A stretch of 64,000 bases of DNA from an uncultured Actinomycetes bacterium (GTDB lineage Bacteria; Actinomycetota; UBA4738; HRBIN12): NCBI GenBank assembly GCA_963704725.1, contig OY969934.1, forward strand, positions 1,312,001 through 1,376,000, in the 5' to 3' direction. Made by a program: the position numbers and the translations under genes. Within the stretch, counting starts at the first letter, position 1. Every line of letters starts with the position of its first letter. This document shows positions 7,746 to 17,777 of this stretch, in pieces. The notes below the pieces were generated by a model, which had not been told where the DNA came from, made no database searches, and saw only the letters and a list, made by a program, of their open reading frames with translations.

Positions 7746-10246
7746 CGCCCTCGCGGCCGCTCGAGGACGCATTCGTCCGGGAGCTTGTCGTCGCGCAGGC
7801 CCTTGAAGCTCGGGGCGCGCATCTTGTGGGTGCTCTTCGTGAGCTCGAGGTACTCGACCTCCGCGACGAGCTGCGGCTCGACGAAGGTGGCGCCCTTGAC
7901 CTTGCCGAGCTCCGGGTCGTCGCCGGCCGGGGTCTTCCGGACGAGCGGCTGGAGCGCGGCCATCAGCCGGTCGAGCGTCTGGTGCGTGAAGCCGGTCCCG
8001 ACCTGACCGACCCACAGCAGCTTGCCGTCGTCGTACGCGCCGACGAGGAGCGCACCGAAGGACCCCGACCGGCCGCCCTGGCCCGGGGTCCATCCGAGCA
8101 CCACGCAGTCCAGCGTGTTCGTGAGCTTGATCTTGCGCCAGTCGGGGGAGCGTCGGCCTGGCTGGTACCGCGATCCCTTCCGCTTGGCCACCACGCCCTC
8201 CAGGCCGAGGTCGCGGGCCACGCCGGCGAAGCGCTTGCCGTCGTGCTCCACGTGCGTGACGAGCTGGAGGCGCTCGTCGGTCTCGACCACGGCCAGGAGG
8301 AGCTCGCGGCGGTCCTCGAGGGGGAGGTCGACGAGGGGGCGTCCGTCGAGCCACAGGAGGTCGAAGGCGACGAGCGCCACGGGGATCTTGGCCGAGGCCC
8401 GCTTGATCTCCCGCTCGTTCGCCAGGTTCATCCGCTGCTGGAGGGCCTCGAACGAATTCCTGCCGTCGTCGTCGAACGCCACGATCTCCGCGTCCACGAC
8501 GGCGTTCACCTGATCGACCAGCTCGTGGATCATGTGGAGCTCCGGGTACTGGTAGGTGACGTCGCGCCCCCGGCGGGTCATCAGACGCGTGAGGTCGGTC
8601 GACAGGTACGTGGTCGAGCGGATCCCGTCGAACTTCGGCTCGAACCACCACTTCGCGTCGTCGAACGCCTTCCACCCGCCCTCCGCGAGCATCGGCTGGA
8701 TCGTCGGCGGCACGTCGATCAGCGGTGCCTCCTGGTGCGAGGCCAGGAACGCGAGCCAGTCGGTCCGGGTCTTCACGAAGTGGAACTCGAGCCCCGGGTA
8801 GCGCCGGCCGTGGAGCCGGAAGCTCACCTTCTTCTCGGTCCACTCGATCGGCTCGTACCAGCCGTCGTCGAAGATGCGGACCTCGCCGGCGCCGTAGTGG
8901 CCCTTCGGGATCGTGCCGCTGAAGCTGCCGTACTCGAGGGGGTGGTCCTCGGTGCGGACGGCCAGCCGTTTGTCGCGGTGTTGGACGGGGAGCCCGCGAG
9001 GGACCGCCCAGGAGGGGAGCGCCGCGTCGCGCTCGAGGCGGACGTCGTAATGCAGGCGGGTGGCGCGGTGCTTGTGGATCACGAAGGAGTTGCCCTGTCC
9101 CTCGGCGCCGCCGGGCGGTGGCTCCGTGGTCCCCTCCGGACCGAACGTGCGCTTGCGCAGGTACTCGCCGAGCTTCGGGTCCTTGGAGGCGGCGATCACC
9201 TCTTTGGAGGTCCGGGTGCGCTCCGGCTTCGAGGGCGCCGCGAAGGCCCTCGCGCTCGGGAGGCCGACCGCCTCGAGCGCCTGGGTCAGGTCCTGGGGCT
9301 CGGTCCGAACGCCCTCGAACAGGTCGCCGAGGCGGTCGAACCGCCCCCACACGTTCTCGATGCGGAAGTCCTGCGGCGTGAGCCCCGCCTCGACCTCGTC
9401 CCACCGCAGCGGCGTCGAGAGCGTGGCCCGGGCCTCGGGGCGCAGGGAGTAGGCCGCCGAGATGTTCGCTCCCGGGCGGTTCATGTTGTGGTCGATGAAC
9501 ACCTTGCCGGTGCGCTTGCTGATCTGCCAGGCCATCGTCACGCGGTCGCGATCGGCTCGCTCGATCATCCGTCCCACCGCGCCGACGAAGTCCCGGACCT
9601 GGTCGTAGGAGTAGCCGGGCACCACCGGCACGTAGATCTGCACGCCGGTCGCGCCGCTCGTCTTCGGGTACGTCACCAGGCCGAGCGCGTCGAGCGCCGC
9701 CTTCACGTGGATCGAGACCGCGAGCACGTCCTCGAAGCTCGCTCCCATGGGGTCGAGGTCGAAGAACAGGTAGTCGGGCTCCTGGAGGGAGGCGCAGCGG
9801 GAGTGGAGCGGGTGCATCTCGATGCAGCCGAGGTTCGCCACGTACAGCAGGGTCGAGAGGTCCTGCACCATCAGGTAGCCGATCACGCCGGTCTTCGCGT
9901 CGTCGCTCTCGACGTGGCAGCGCTCCACCCAGTCCGGGGTGTGGGAAGGCGCCGTCTTCTCGTAGAAGAAGCCCTCGCCGATGCCGTCGGGCATCCGCTT
10001 CATCGTGAGCGGCCGGTCGCGCAGGTACGGCAGGATCAGGTCGGCGACGTTGAAGTAGTAGGCGATGAGGTCACCCTTCGTGTAGCCCTCGTCGGGCCAG
10101 AACACCTTGTCCAGGTTCGACAGGCGGAGCTCGCGCCCGTCCGCCTCCATCCACCAGGCGTCGCCTCGCCGCTCGGCCTCGAGCGGTCGCGGGAACTCGA
10201 CCGTGAACGCGGGTCCCCCCGAGCGCCTCTGTCTCCTCGCCGGCAT
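7742..10246 (-). CDS. ligD: NHEJ DNA ligase D (polymerase-phosphoesterase-ligase)
   Basis: LSNLDKVFWP, FDLDP, KTSG (POL); HKHRATRLHYDVRLE, WAVPRG, EDHPLEY (PE); EPKFDG, EGVVAKR (LIG); divergent from ku. Confidence 0.95.
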   Translation of the reverse strand: MPARRQRRSGGPAFTVEFPRPLEAERRGDAWWMEADGRELRLSNLDKVFWPDEGYTKGDLIAYYFNVADLILPYLRDRPLTMKRMPDGIGEGFFYEKTAPSHTPDWVERCHVESDDAKTGVIGYLMVQDLSTLLYVANLGCIEMHPLHSRCASLQEPDYLFFDLDPMGASFEDVLAVSIHVKAALDALGLVTYPKTSGATGVQIYVPVVPGYSYDQVRDFVGAVGRMIERADRDRVTMAWQISKRTGKVFIDHNMNRPGANISAAYSLRPEARATLSTPLRWDEVEAGLTPQDFRIENVWGRFDRLGDLFEGVRTEPQDLTQALEAVGLPSARAFAAPSKPERTRTSKEVIAASKDPKLGEYLRKRTFGPEGTTEPPPGGAEGQGNSFVIHKHRATRLHYDVRLERDAALPSWAVPRGLPVQHRDKRLAVRTEDHPLEYGSFSGTIPKGHYGAGEVRIFDDGWYEPIEWTEKKVSFRLHGRRYPGLEFHFVKTRTDWLAFLASHQEAPLIDVPPTIQPMLAEGGWKAFDDAKWWFEPKFDGIRSTTYLSTDLTRLMTRRGRDVTYQYPELHMIHELVDQVNAVVDAEIVAFDDDGRNSFEALQQRMNLANEREIKRASAKIPVALVAFDLLWLDGRPLVDLPLEDRRELLLAVVETDERLQLVTHVEHDGKRFAGVARDLGLEGVVAKRKGSRYQPGRRSPDWRKIKLTNTLDCVVLGWTPGQGGRSGSFGALLVGAYDDGKLLWVGQVGTGFTHQTLDRLMAALQPLVRKTPAGDDPELGKVKGATFVEPQLVAEVEYLELTKSTHKMRAPSFKGLRDDKLPDECVLERPRGR

Positions 10247-10306
10247 GCCGAGGAATGGTAGTGGCACGGCTGAGGAGCCCAGGGGCGGGACCGTGGGCCC
10301 CTGAGC

Positions 10307-10351
10307 GTTGCCCGGGGGGGCTCCGGGTATGTCTCCCGGGACGGCTACAAT
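10307..10351 (+). promoter_or_regulatory. Candidate ku promoters: stress-sigma type GTTG-N14-GGGTAT and housekeeping -10 TACAAT
   Basis: GTTG 10307-10310, GGGTAT 10325-10330, TACAAT 10346-10351 upstream of ku. Confidence 0.4.
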
Positions 10352-10410
10352 CCTGCCTCCCTGGTATCGGGCCTGGCCAGCGGGCGCGACCTCGACCGAA
10401 GGAGAACGCC

Positions 10411-11307
10411 ATGCCGCCGAGAGCGATGTGGAAGGGAGCCATCTCGTTCGGCCTCGTGACGATCCCCGTCGCCGTCTACCCGGCGACGGAGGAGAAGGGG
10501 CTGAAGTTCAACCAGCTCCACGACGAGGACATGGGCCGGATCCGCTACAAGCGGGTCTGCTCGGTCGACGGCGAGGAGGTCGACTACGAGCACATCGTGA
10601 AGGGATATGAGATCGAGAAGGACCGCTACGTCGTGCTCACGGACGAAGACCTCGACGCCGTGCCGGTCGAGTCCTCCCGGGCCATCGACATCCAGCAGTT
10701 CGTCGACCTGGACGAGATCGACCCGATGCTGTTCAAGAAGTCCTACTACCTGGTGCCCGAGGAGACGGGGGCACGCGCGTACGCGCTCCTGCGCAAGGCG
10801 CTGGCCGAGGAGAGCAAGGTCGGCATCGCCAAGGTGAGCTTCCGCGACAAGGAGCACCTGGCGGCGCTGCGGTTCAAGGACCAGGTCTTCGTGCTCGAGA
10901 CCATGTTCTGGCCGGACGAGGTGCGCGCGGCCGAGTTCGACACGGTCGACGCCGACGAGAAGATCCGCTCGAATGAGATCGACATGGCCAAGGCTCTGAT
11001 CGAGAACCTCTCGGAGCCCTGGAACCCGGAGGCGTTCCGGGACGAGTACCGCGAGGCGCTCCTCGAGATCGTCGAGAAGAAGGTGGCCGGTGAGCCGATC
11101 GAGGCGCCCACGGAGGCCGCACCGGCCCGCGTGGTCGATCTCATGGAGGCGCTGAAGGCCTCGGTCGAGGCGGCGAAGAAGAAGACGCCGTCGGCCGGGG
11201 GAGGGGCCGCCCGTCGGACGCCGAAGAAGACGACCGCCAAGCGCTCGACCGCCAAGACGGCGGCGAAGAAGGCGCCGGCGCCCCGCAAGCGGGCCGCCGC
11301 AGGGTGA
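10411..11307 (+). CDS. ku: Ku NHEJ DNA end-binding protein
   Basis: WKGAISFGLVTIPV, IVKGYE, FRDEYRE, VVDLMEALKAS and basic Lys/Ala tail; GAAGGAG RBS. Confidence 0.96.
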   Translation: MPPRAMWKGAISFGLVTIPVAVYPATEEKGLKFNQLHDEDMGRIRYKRVCSVDGEEVDYEHIVKGYEIEKDRYVVLTDEDLDAVPVESSRAIDIQQFVDLDEIDPMLFKKSYYLVPEETGARAYALLRKALAEESKVGIAKVSFRDKEHLAALRFKDQVFVLETMFWPDEVRAAEFDTVDADEKIRSNEIDMAKALIENLSEPWNPEAFRDEYREALLEIVEKKVAGEPIEAPTEAAPARVVDLMEALKASVEAAKKKTPSAGGGAARRTPKKTTAKRSTAKTAAKKAPAPRKRAAAG

Positions 11308-12227
11308 GGCTTCCCGCCGGCTACGCCTCGCGCCCGGCCGGCTGGGACGATCTCGACGCGATCGTCGCGCTGTCCAAGGCGTGCGATCTCGTCGACGCCG
11401 GCGTGGAGGATCCCGTCCGCGAGCACATCGAGGACGACTGGCGCGTGCCGGGGGTCGACCTCGAGCGTCAGACGTCGCTCGTCCTCGCGCGAGACGGCTC
11501 GGTCGCCGCGTATGCGAACGTCTTCGGGCTGAATCCGCATCTGTCGGTCGAGGCGTGGGTGCGGGTCCATCCGGCCCATCGCGGCCGGGGGATCGGCGGG
11601 TCGGCGATCGACTGGACCCAGGAGCGGGCGCGGGAGCTCGTGCCGGCCGGAGCGGCCTCGAAGCTCTACAACTCCGTGCCCTCGACGGACGAGGCCGCGC
11701 GGCGGCTCCTGGCGGATCGGGACTACCGGCAGGTGCGGATCTTCTGGCACATGGAGCGTGAGCTCTCGGGGACGATCGAGCCCGCCCGTCCGCCCGAGGG
11801 GATCGAGCTGCGCACGTACCGGCACGAGGAGGACGCCGACGCCTACTTCGACGCGATCGAGGAGGCGTTCGCGGACCACTGGGGGTTCGAGCCGTATCCC
11901 CGCGAGGTCCACATGGACGAGATCCTCCGGTACGACCGGGACCTCCTCTGGCTCGCGCTCGACGGGGTCGAGATCGCCGGTGGGCTGATGGCCAAGACCG
12001 TCGAAGGGCGGGGGTGGGTGGACATGGTGGCGGTGCGACGCCCGTGGCGGGGCCGGGGGATCGCGCGATCGATGCTGCTCACCTCGTTCGCGGCGCTCGC
12101 CGGCCGGGGACTGGGCTCCGTGGCCCTCAACGTGGACTCGGAGAGCCGGACGGGGGCGACCCGCCTGTACGAGTCGGTCGGCATGCACGTGCGGCGGGCC
12201 TGGGACCTGTTCGAGCGGCCCCTGTAG
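11304..12227 (+). CDS. Tandem-domain GNAT acetyltransferase
   Basis: Two acetyl-CoA motifs (VHPAHRGRGIG; VRRPWRGRGIA), AFADHWG, TGATRLYESVGM; GTGA overlap with ku. Confidence 0.85.
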   Translation: MRLPAGYASRPAGWDDLDAIVALSKACDLVDAGVEDPVREHIEDDWRVPGVDLERQTSLVLARDGSVAAYANVFGLNPHLSVEAWVRVHPAHRGRGIGGSAIDWTQERARELVPAGAASKLYNSVPSTDEAARRLLADRDYRQVRIFWHMERELSGTIEPARPPEGIELRTYRHEEDADAYFDAIEEAFADHWGFEPYPREVHMDEILRYDRDLLWLALDGVEIAGGLMAKTVEGRGWVDMVAVRRPWRGRGIARSMLLTSFAALAGRGLGSVALNVDSESRTGATRLYESVGMHVRRAWDLFERPL

Positions 12228-12242
12228 GCGGACGTAAGCTAG

Positions 12243-12608
<366 letters not shown>

Positions 12609-12613
12609 CCCCC

Positions 12614-15097
12614 ATGCGAGATCCGGCCGAACGCCCGGCCCCCGTCGTCCGGCTCACCGAGGAGCTCCGCGCGCTCGAACGGGCCTATTCGCCCGGGCAT
12701 CAGGGGAGGTGGTCGGCCCGGCGCCGGTCCGAGCTCGTCGACGCGTGCCTGGTGGAGCTGTACGAGAGCGCCGAACCCCCGGGCGGGGTGGCTCTGGTGG
12801 CGCTGGGCGGGTACGGGCGCGGGCGGCTCTCCCCGCTGTCCGACGTCGACCTGCTGATCGTCCACGAGCGTCCCGGGGACGAGCACGTGGCCGAAGTGGC
12901 GCAGCGCGTGCTGTATCCGCTGTGGGACGCCGGCCTTCGCGTCGGGCACGGCGTCCGCACGCCCGACGAGTGCGAGCGGCTCGCGGCCGAGCGCCTCGAC
13001 GCTCGCACGGCGATGCTCGACGGCCGTGCCATCGCCGGCGACGCCATCCCGTGGGTCGATGCGCTCAGCCGGGTCGCCGCGTCCGTGCGGGCGGACCCCC
13101 GCGCGTTCGCCGAGGCCTTGCGGGAGGACGCCGAGGCCCGCCGGCAGCGTCACGGCTCGGTCTCCTGCCTCCTCGAACCCGACCTGAAGGAGGGGGCCGG
13201 AGGGCTGAGGGACGTCCAGCTCGTCCGGTGGCTGGAGTCGGCCGTGGGGGAGCCGCTCGAGGAGCGGGGTCTCCTGCGAGCGGCGGAGCGAGAGGACGTC
13301 GACGAGGCCGACGAGTTCCTCGAGCGGGTGCGCGGCGCGCTCCACCTGGCGACCGGACGGCCGGCCGATCGCCTCGTCCTCGAGCAGCAACCCCAGATCG
13401 CTCGCGACCTCGGCTTCTCGGACGAGCCGGGCCTCATGGCCGTGGACGGGCTGATGCGATCCGTGTTCGAGCGGGCCAGGTCGGTGGAGCACGCCACCCG
13501 CTCGATGCTCGACCGATGCCTGCGGGGGACGACCGCGGCGATCGAGGTCGAGCCCACGCCCGAGGGTGTCCTGCGCGCGTTCCTCTCGGTGGCCCGCGAC
13601 GGCGGGGTGATGCCGGCGGCGATGCTCGACGCCGTGGCGGCGGCGCCGGTCGCGGATCCGGTGATGTGGACCGACGGGGTGCGCGAGGCGTTCCTCGAGC
13701 TCCTAGCGGCGGGGGCCGAGGGCGTCCGCTCGCTGGACGCCCTCGACCGCATCGGGTTGCTCGGGAGGTACCTCCCTGCCTGGTCGGCCGTGCGGTGCCG
13801 GCCCCAGCGCGATCCCTACCACCGGTTCCCGGTCGACGTGCATCTGCTGGCCGCCCTCGAGTCCGTCTCGGAGCTCCTGGACCGCCCCGCCGCGGATCCC
13901 CTCGTCGGGGCGGCGATCCACGCGGTCGGCGACGTGGACGCCCTGCGCCTCGGGGCGCTGCTGCACGACATCGGCAAGACCGGAACCCCCGGCCACGTGG
14001 CGCAGGGGGCCGGGATCGCCGGCGAGGTGCTGGGAGCGATGGGGCTCCCGGACGCGACGAGGGAGCTCGCCGCGTTCCTGGTGCGGGAGCATCTCCTGCT
14101 CGCCGACGTGGCGACCCGTCGAGATCTCGAGGCGGAGGAGCTCGTCCACGACGTCGCCGCCCGTATCGGCGACCCCGAGCGCCTCGCGGCCCTGTACCTG
14201 CTCACGATCGCCGACGCCGCCGCCACGGGCCCGCTCGCGTGGACGCCGTGGCGAGCCACGCTCGTCCGAGAGCTCGTGGCCAAGGTCCAGCACGTGCTGG
14301 AGCGCGGCGAGGTCGGGGCCGACACCGCCTCCCGGCTGACCGAGCGCGCCGACGCGATCCGGGCCGCGCTCCCCGTCGAGGACCCCGAGGCCGTCGAGCG
14401 GTTCTTCCTGCGCATGCCCCGCGGATACCTGCTCGGCCAGCCCGTCGAGCAGATCGCGTCGCAGTACCCCCTCGTCGCGCCGAGGCTTGCCGCGCAGGAG
14501 GTCCGGACCCACGTCGCCTCCGGCACCCGCCCGGCCACCTACGCCTTGACCGTGGTCGTCGCCGACCGGCACGGGCTGCTCTCGATGATCGCCGGCGCGC
14601 TCTCGCTGGCGGGGCTCTCGATCCTCACCGCGCAGGCGTTCACCACCGACGACGGCGTCGCGGTCGACGTCTTCGAGGTCGAGGGCGCGTTCGCGGAGGA
14701 GGTGGAGGAGGAGCGGTGGAGGGAGTTCCGCCGCACGCTCCGGCGGGCCATCGAGGGCCGGCTCTCGCTGCCGTACCGGGTCGAGGAGAAGCGGCGCCGC
14801 TACCCGGCGCCCCGCGGTGACGTCTCGGTTCGCGCGGTCGTCGACAACGACGTGTCGGACTTCTTCACGGTGATCGAGGTGGGCGCGCCCGACCGGATCG
14901 GGCTGCTGTTCGACATCACGCGGACCCTCGCCGAGCTCCAGCTCGACGTGCACCTGGCGAAGGTGGCCACGTACGGCGGCCGGGTCGTCGACGCGTTCTA
15001 CGTGCGGGACGAGCTCGGCCGCAAGGTCGACGATCCGGAGCGGATCGCCGAGCTCGAGCGCGCGCTCCGGGCCCGCGTGGAGGGGCCCGCGGCCTAG
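12614..15097 (+). CDS. glnD: [Protein-PII] uridylyl/adenylyltransferase
   Basis: ALGGYGR..SDVDL NT domain, EPDLKEGAGGLRD, LLHDIGK HD domain, two ACT domains. Confidence 0.94.
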   Translation: MRDPAERPAPVVRLTEELRALERAYSPGHQGRWSARRRSELVDACLVELYESAEPPGGVALVALGGYGRGRLSPLSDVDLLIVHERPGDEHVAEVAQRVLYPLWDAGLRVGHGVRTPDECERLAAERLDARTAMLDGRAIAGDAIPWVDALSRVAASVRADPRAFAEALREDAEARRQRHGSVSCLLEPDLKEGAGGLRDVQLVRWLESAVGEPLEERGLLRAAEREDVDEADEFLERVRGALHLATGRPADRLVLEQQPQIARDLGFSDEPGLMAVDGLMRSVFERARSVEHATRSMLDRCLRGTTAAIEVEPTPEGVLRAFLSVARDGGVMPAAMLDAVAAAPVADPVMWTDGVREAFLELLAAGAEGVRSLDALDRIGLLGRYLPAWSAVRCRPQRDPYHRFPVDVHLLAALESVSELLDRPAADPLVGAAIHAVGDVDALRLGALLHDIGKTGTPGHVAQGAGIAGEVLGAMGLPDATRELAAFLVREHLLLADVATRRDLEAEELVHDVAARIGDPERLAALYLLTIADAAATGPLAWTPWRATLVRELVAKVQHVLERGEVGADTASRLTERADAIRAALPVEDPEAVERFFLRMPRGYLLGQPVEQIASQYPLVAPRLAAQEVRTHVASGTRPATYALTVVVADRHGLLSMIAGALSLAGLSILTAQAFTTDDGVAVDVFEVEGAFAEEVEEERWREFRRTLRRAIEGRLSLPYRVEEKRRRYPAPRGDVSVRAVVDNDVSDFFTVIEVGAPDRIGLLFDITRTLAELQLDVHLAKVATYGGRVVDAFYVRDELGRKVDDPERIAELERALRARVEGPAA

Positions 15098-15156
15098 GAC
15101 CCCGCGGGGTCCCTCCTCACGCCGGCCGTCGCGACCCCGGCGGGGGTCGCGACGGC
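15097..15156. terminator. Palindrome plus 14-bp stem-loop between convergent genes (likely bidirectional terminator)
   Basis: GGACCCCGCGGGGTCC perfect palindrome 15097-15112; GCCGTCGCGACCCC-ggcg-GGGGTCGCGACGGC 15125-15156. Confidence 0.6.
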
Positions 15157-15177
15157 GGCGTGCGGCGAACGCGATCC

Positions 15178-16893
15178 CTACGGGATCTGCGTGGTGAAGA
15201 TGAACTGGAAGTACTGCGGCGGGTTCCCCGCCCTCGGCCACGGCCTTCGCATGTCCGTCCACGCCACGTGCGCGGCTCCGTCCGGTCCGTAGGCCAGCCG
15301 GTTGTAGTCACCCATGAACGTGGCGCACGCGAAGCAGCCGGCCACCTTGGACTTGAAGAAGACGGACCGGGTGGGATCGGACGGCGCGCTCGACACCTGG
15401 GCGATGGTGAAGGCTCCGGGGAGCCCGGTGGCGACGGCGGTGTTGTACAGCGCCGGGTCCGCGTCGTTCCGGGTCTGGTACACGATCCCGAGCCGGCCCG
15501 TCGTCGGGTCGAAGTCCACCCACGGGAACCACTGGTCGCCCGGGCCGGCGTCGACGGCCGAGGGTGTGCTCCAGGTGGCGCCGCCGTCGATGGAGCTCGT
15601 GATGAACACGTCCGTGTTCGTCACGGGCAGGTCCGGGTCGCTCGTCCCGTTCCGGTTGTCCGACCACACGAGGTACAGCGTGCCGGCGGGACCGGCGACG
15701 AGGTTGCCGGCGGAGTTCACGCGCACCTGGTACCCGGTGAGCGTCTGCCGCTCGTTCCCGTTGAGCGGGTAGTTCGTCGGGCCGTCCTCGAGCGTCGCGG
15801 CGATGACCGGGGCGGACCACGTCACGCCGCCGTCCGTGGAGCGGACGACGAGGTACTGGTTGTCGTGGATCTTCTGATCGTTGCCGAACTCCTCGCCCGG
15901 CTCCTGGAGGGTGGAGTTCTGCTCGTTCTCGAACGCGACGTACACCGTGCCGTCCGTCCCGACGGTCGGCACCGAGAACTGGTTCTCGTCGCACTCGCCG
16001 GCGGGACCGTCGTACTGGATGTCGCAGAACGATCCGGATCCGTCGATCTCCTGCGGAGCGCTCCACGTGACGCCCCCGTCGTCGCTGTGGGCCTCGAAGA
16101 TCGGCGACTCGGCGTACTCCGCGGTGTGGCTGAGGAAGCGCGACCACGTCACGTAGGTCCGTCCGTAGAACGGCGAGGCCGGGTTGGTGTCGACGACGAT
16201 CCACTCCTTGTCGTTGAAGTACTGCGTGGGGTCCTCGTCGTCCCCCTGCCCGTCCGAGATCACGACGGGGCGACCCCACGTCAGGCCGCCGTCGTGCGAG
16301 ATCGAGACGACGAGATCCCCGTCCCTGGCCAGGCCCTGCTTCGTGATGATGAAGTTGAGCGAGGCGTGGATCACGTTGCCGGTCCTCGGCTCGAACACCG
16401 TCACCGGGTCGCTGCCGGTCCGGTGCGTATCCTCCGCCGACATGTTGCCCACCGCCCACGTCTGGCCGCCGTCGAAGGTCGTGTAGAAGGCGTCGCAGCA
16501 CGAGTCGTAGTCGTTGGAGCTCGCGACGATGTGCTGCGGATCCAGCGGGTCCACCTCGACGTCCGGCTCGTTGTTCGGCAGGACGCTGTCGCAGTCGAGG
16601 CGGGAGTCCGGCCTGGTGGTCGAGGCGGTGGCGGTGCACTCGACGAGCGAGTGGAGGTACGCGGCACCGGCCGGTGCGACCGAACGCCCTCTCGCCCACG
16701 CCTTCAGCTCCCGGGGCGTGAGCCCGCCGAGGCGGGCGAGGCCCGCACCGCGCGAGGGAGCGGCGAAGTGGGCGGTCGAACGCCCGACCTCCACCGTCCG
16801 TCTGGAGGACGCCGTACCTCCCGCGCCGGCGGACACGGCCGGCACGAGCAGCACGACCGCGACGCCGATCGTGCCGATCCAGCGTGTTCTCAT
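15178..16893 (-). CDS. Secreted BNR/Asp-box beta-propeller (sialidase-like) protein
   Basis: Signal peptide; five Asp boxes (TFDGGQTW, SHDGGLTW, SDDGGVTW, STDGGVTW, SIDGGATW); DKEW and GDY motifs. Confidence 0.82.
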   Translation of the reverse strand: MRTRWIGTIGVAVVLLVPAVSAGAGGTASSRRTVEVGRSTAHFAAPSRGAGLARLGGLTPRELKAWARGRSVAPAGAAYLHSLVECTATASTTRPDSRLDCDSVLPNNEPDVEVDPLDPQHIVASSNDYDSCCDAFYTTFDGGQTWAVGNMSAEDTHRTGSDPVTVFEPRTGNVIHASLNFIITKQGLARDGDLVVSISHDGGLTWGRPVVISDGQGDDEDPTQYFNDKEWIVVDTNPASPFYGRTYVTWSRFLSHTAEYAESPIFEAHSDDGGVTWSAPQEIDGSGSFCDIQYDGPAGECDENQFSVPTVGTDGTVYVAFENEQNSTLQEPGEEFGNDQKIHDNQYLVVRSTDGGVTWSAPVIAATLEDGPTNYPLNGNERQTLTGYQVRVNSAGNLVAGPAGTLYLVWSDNRNGTSDPDLPVTNTDVFITSSIDGGATWSTPSAVDAGPGDQWFPWVDFDPTTGRLGIVYQTRNDADPALYNTAVATGLPGAFTIAQVSSAPSDPTRSVFFKSKVAGCFACATFMGDYNRLAYGPDGAAHVAWTDMRRPWPRAGNPPQYFQFIFTTQIP

Positions 16894-17043
16894 CGCTTCC
16901 CCCCCGTCCCTTGGGTATCCGGCGGGGCTGTTGCCCGGCCGGAACTGTGCGAACGATGCCCCGAGTCGCCCTTGCGCGCAACTCGGCCCCTCACCCGCCG
17001 CATCGTTGTACGGAAGGGCGTGCGCCGCGGGACGGGGAACGAT

Positions 17044-17760
17044 TCAGGAGCCGTCGACGGCGGCGCGGAGGCGATCGGCCATGCGCGTGCTCGCGCCCTC
17101 GTCCTCGTGCTTGAGGTAGCAGTAGATGTCGCCGCCCGCCTCGAGGCAGGGGCGGATCCGTTCGGCCCAGGCTCCGAGCTCCTCGTCGGAGTACTCGGTC
17201 TTGCGCAGCCGGAGGTACCCGAACGGCTCCCACGACAGGTCGTCGGGACCGGGGTCCTTCTCGTCGGTCTCGGCCACGCACCACGCGACGCCCTGCTCGA
17301 GCAGGAGGTCGCGAGCCTCCACCCACGACGGGTGGCGGAACTCCATCGCCGTGCGCGGCTGCGGCGGCAGGTACCCGACGAAGGCCTCGATCAGGGCGCG
17401 GTCGTACTGCAGGGTCGGCGGACATTGGTACAGCACCGTGCCGAGCCGGTCGCCGAGGATCTTCGCCAGGTCGAGGAAGGCGCGGACGTCCTCGTCCACG
17501 TCGGCCAGGCGCTTCCAGTGGGTGATCCGCTGGTTGGCCTTCAGGGTGAAGCGGAACGACTCCGGCGTCTGATCCCGCCAGGTGGTCAGGGACTTCTCCG
17601 TGGGGTAGCGGCGGAACGTGTAGTTGATCTCGACCGAGGGGAACCGGCTCGCGTAGTACGAGAGCATCTCCCGGCTCTTCAGGCCCTCGGGGTAGAAGAC
17701 GCCGTGCTTCCACTGATCGTACGCGAACCCCGAGGTCCCCACGTAGAGCGTTCCCGCCAT
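17044..17760 (-). CDS. DUF72 (YecE-like) protein
   Basis: YVGTSGF, SVEINYTF, ITHWKRL, LYQCPP, MEFRHPSW, YLRLR; TAGAAT 8 nt before ATG. Confidence 0.9.
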   Translation of the reverse strand: MAGTLYVGTSGFAYDQWKHGVFYPEGLKSREMLSYYASRFPSVEINYTFRRYPTEKSLTTWRDQTPESFRFTLKANQRITHWKRLADVDEDVRAFLDLAKILGDRLGTVLYQCPPTLQYDRALIEAFVGYLPPQPRTAMEFRHPSWVEARDLLLEQGVAWCVAETDEKDPGPDDLSWEPFGYLRLRKTEYSDEELGAWAERIRPCLEAGGDIYCYLKHEDEGASTRMADRLRAAVDGS

Positions 17761-17777
17761 CTGCGAGGATTCTAGGC

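Noticed and set aside
6401-10261. 1286-aa ORF and many other long overlapping ORFs (e.g. 45025-48171, 15160-17775, 61305-63953)
   Set aside because: Shadow frames antisense or off-frame to well-supported genes; stop codons are rare at this GC content and the translations lack motifs.
11304-12227. mshD (mycothiol synthase) call; likewise mshB/mca for the two PIG-L genes
   Set aside because: Family-level motifs only; I cannot see the orthologue-specific signatures, so no gene symbols were given.
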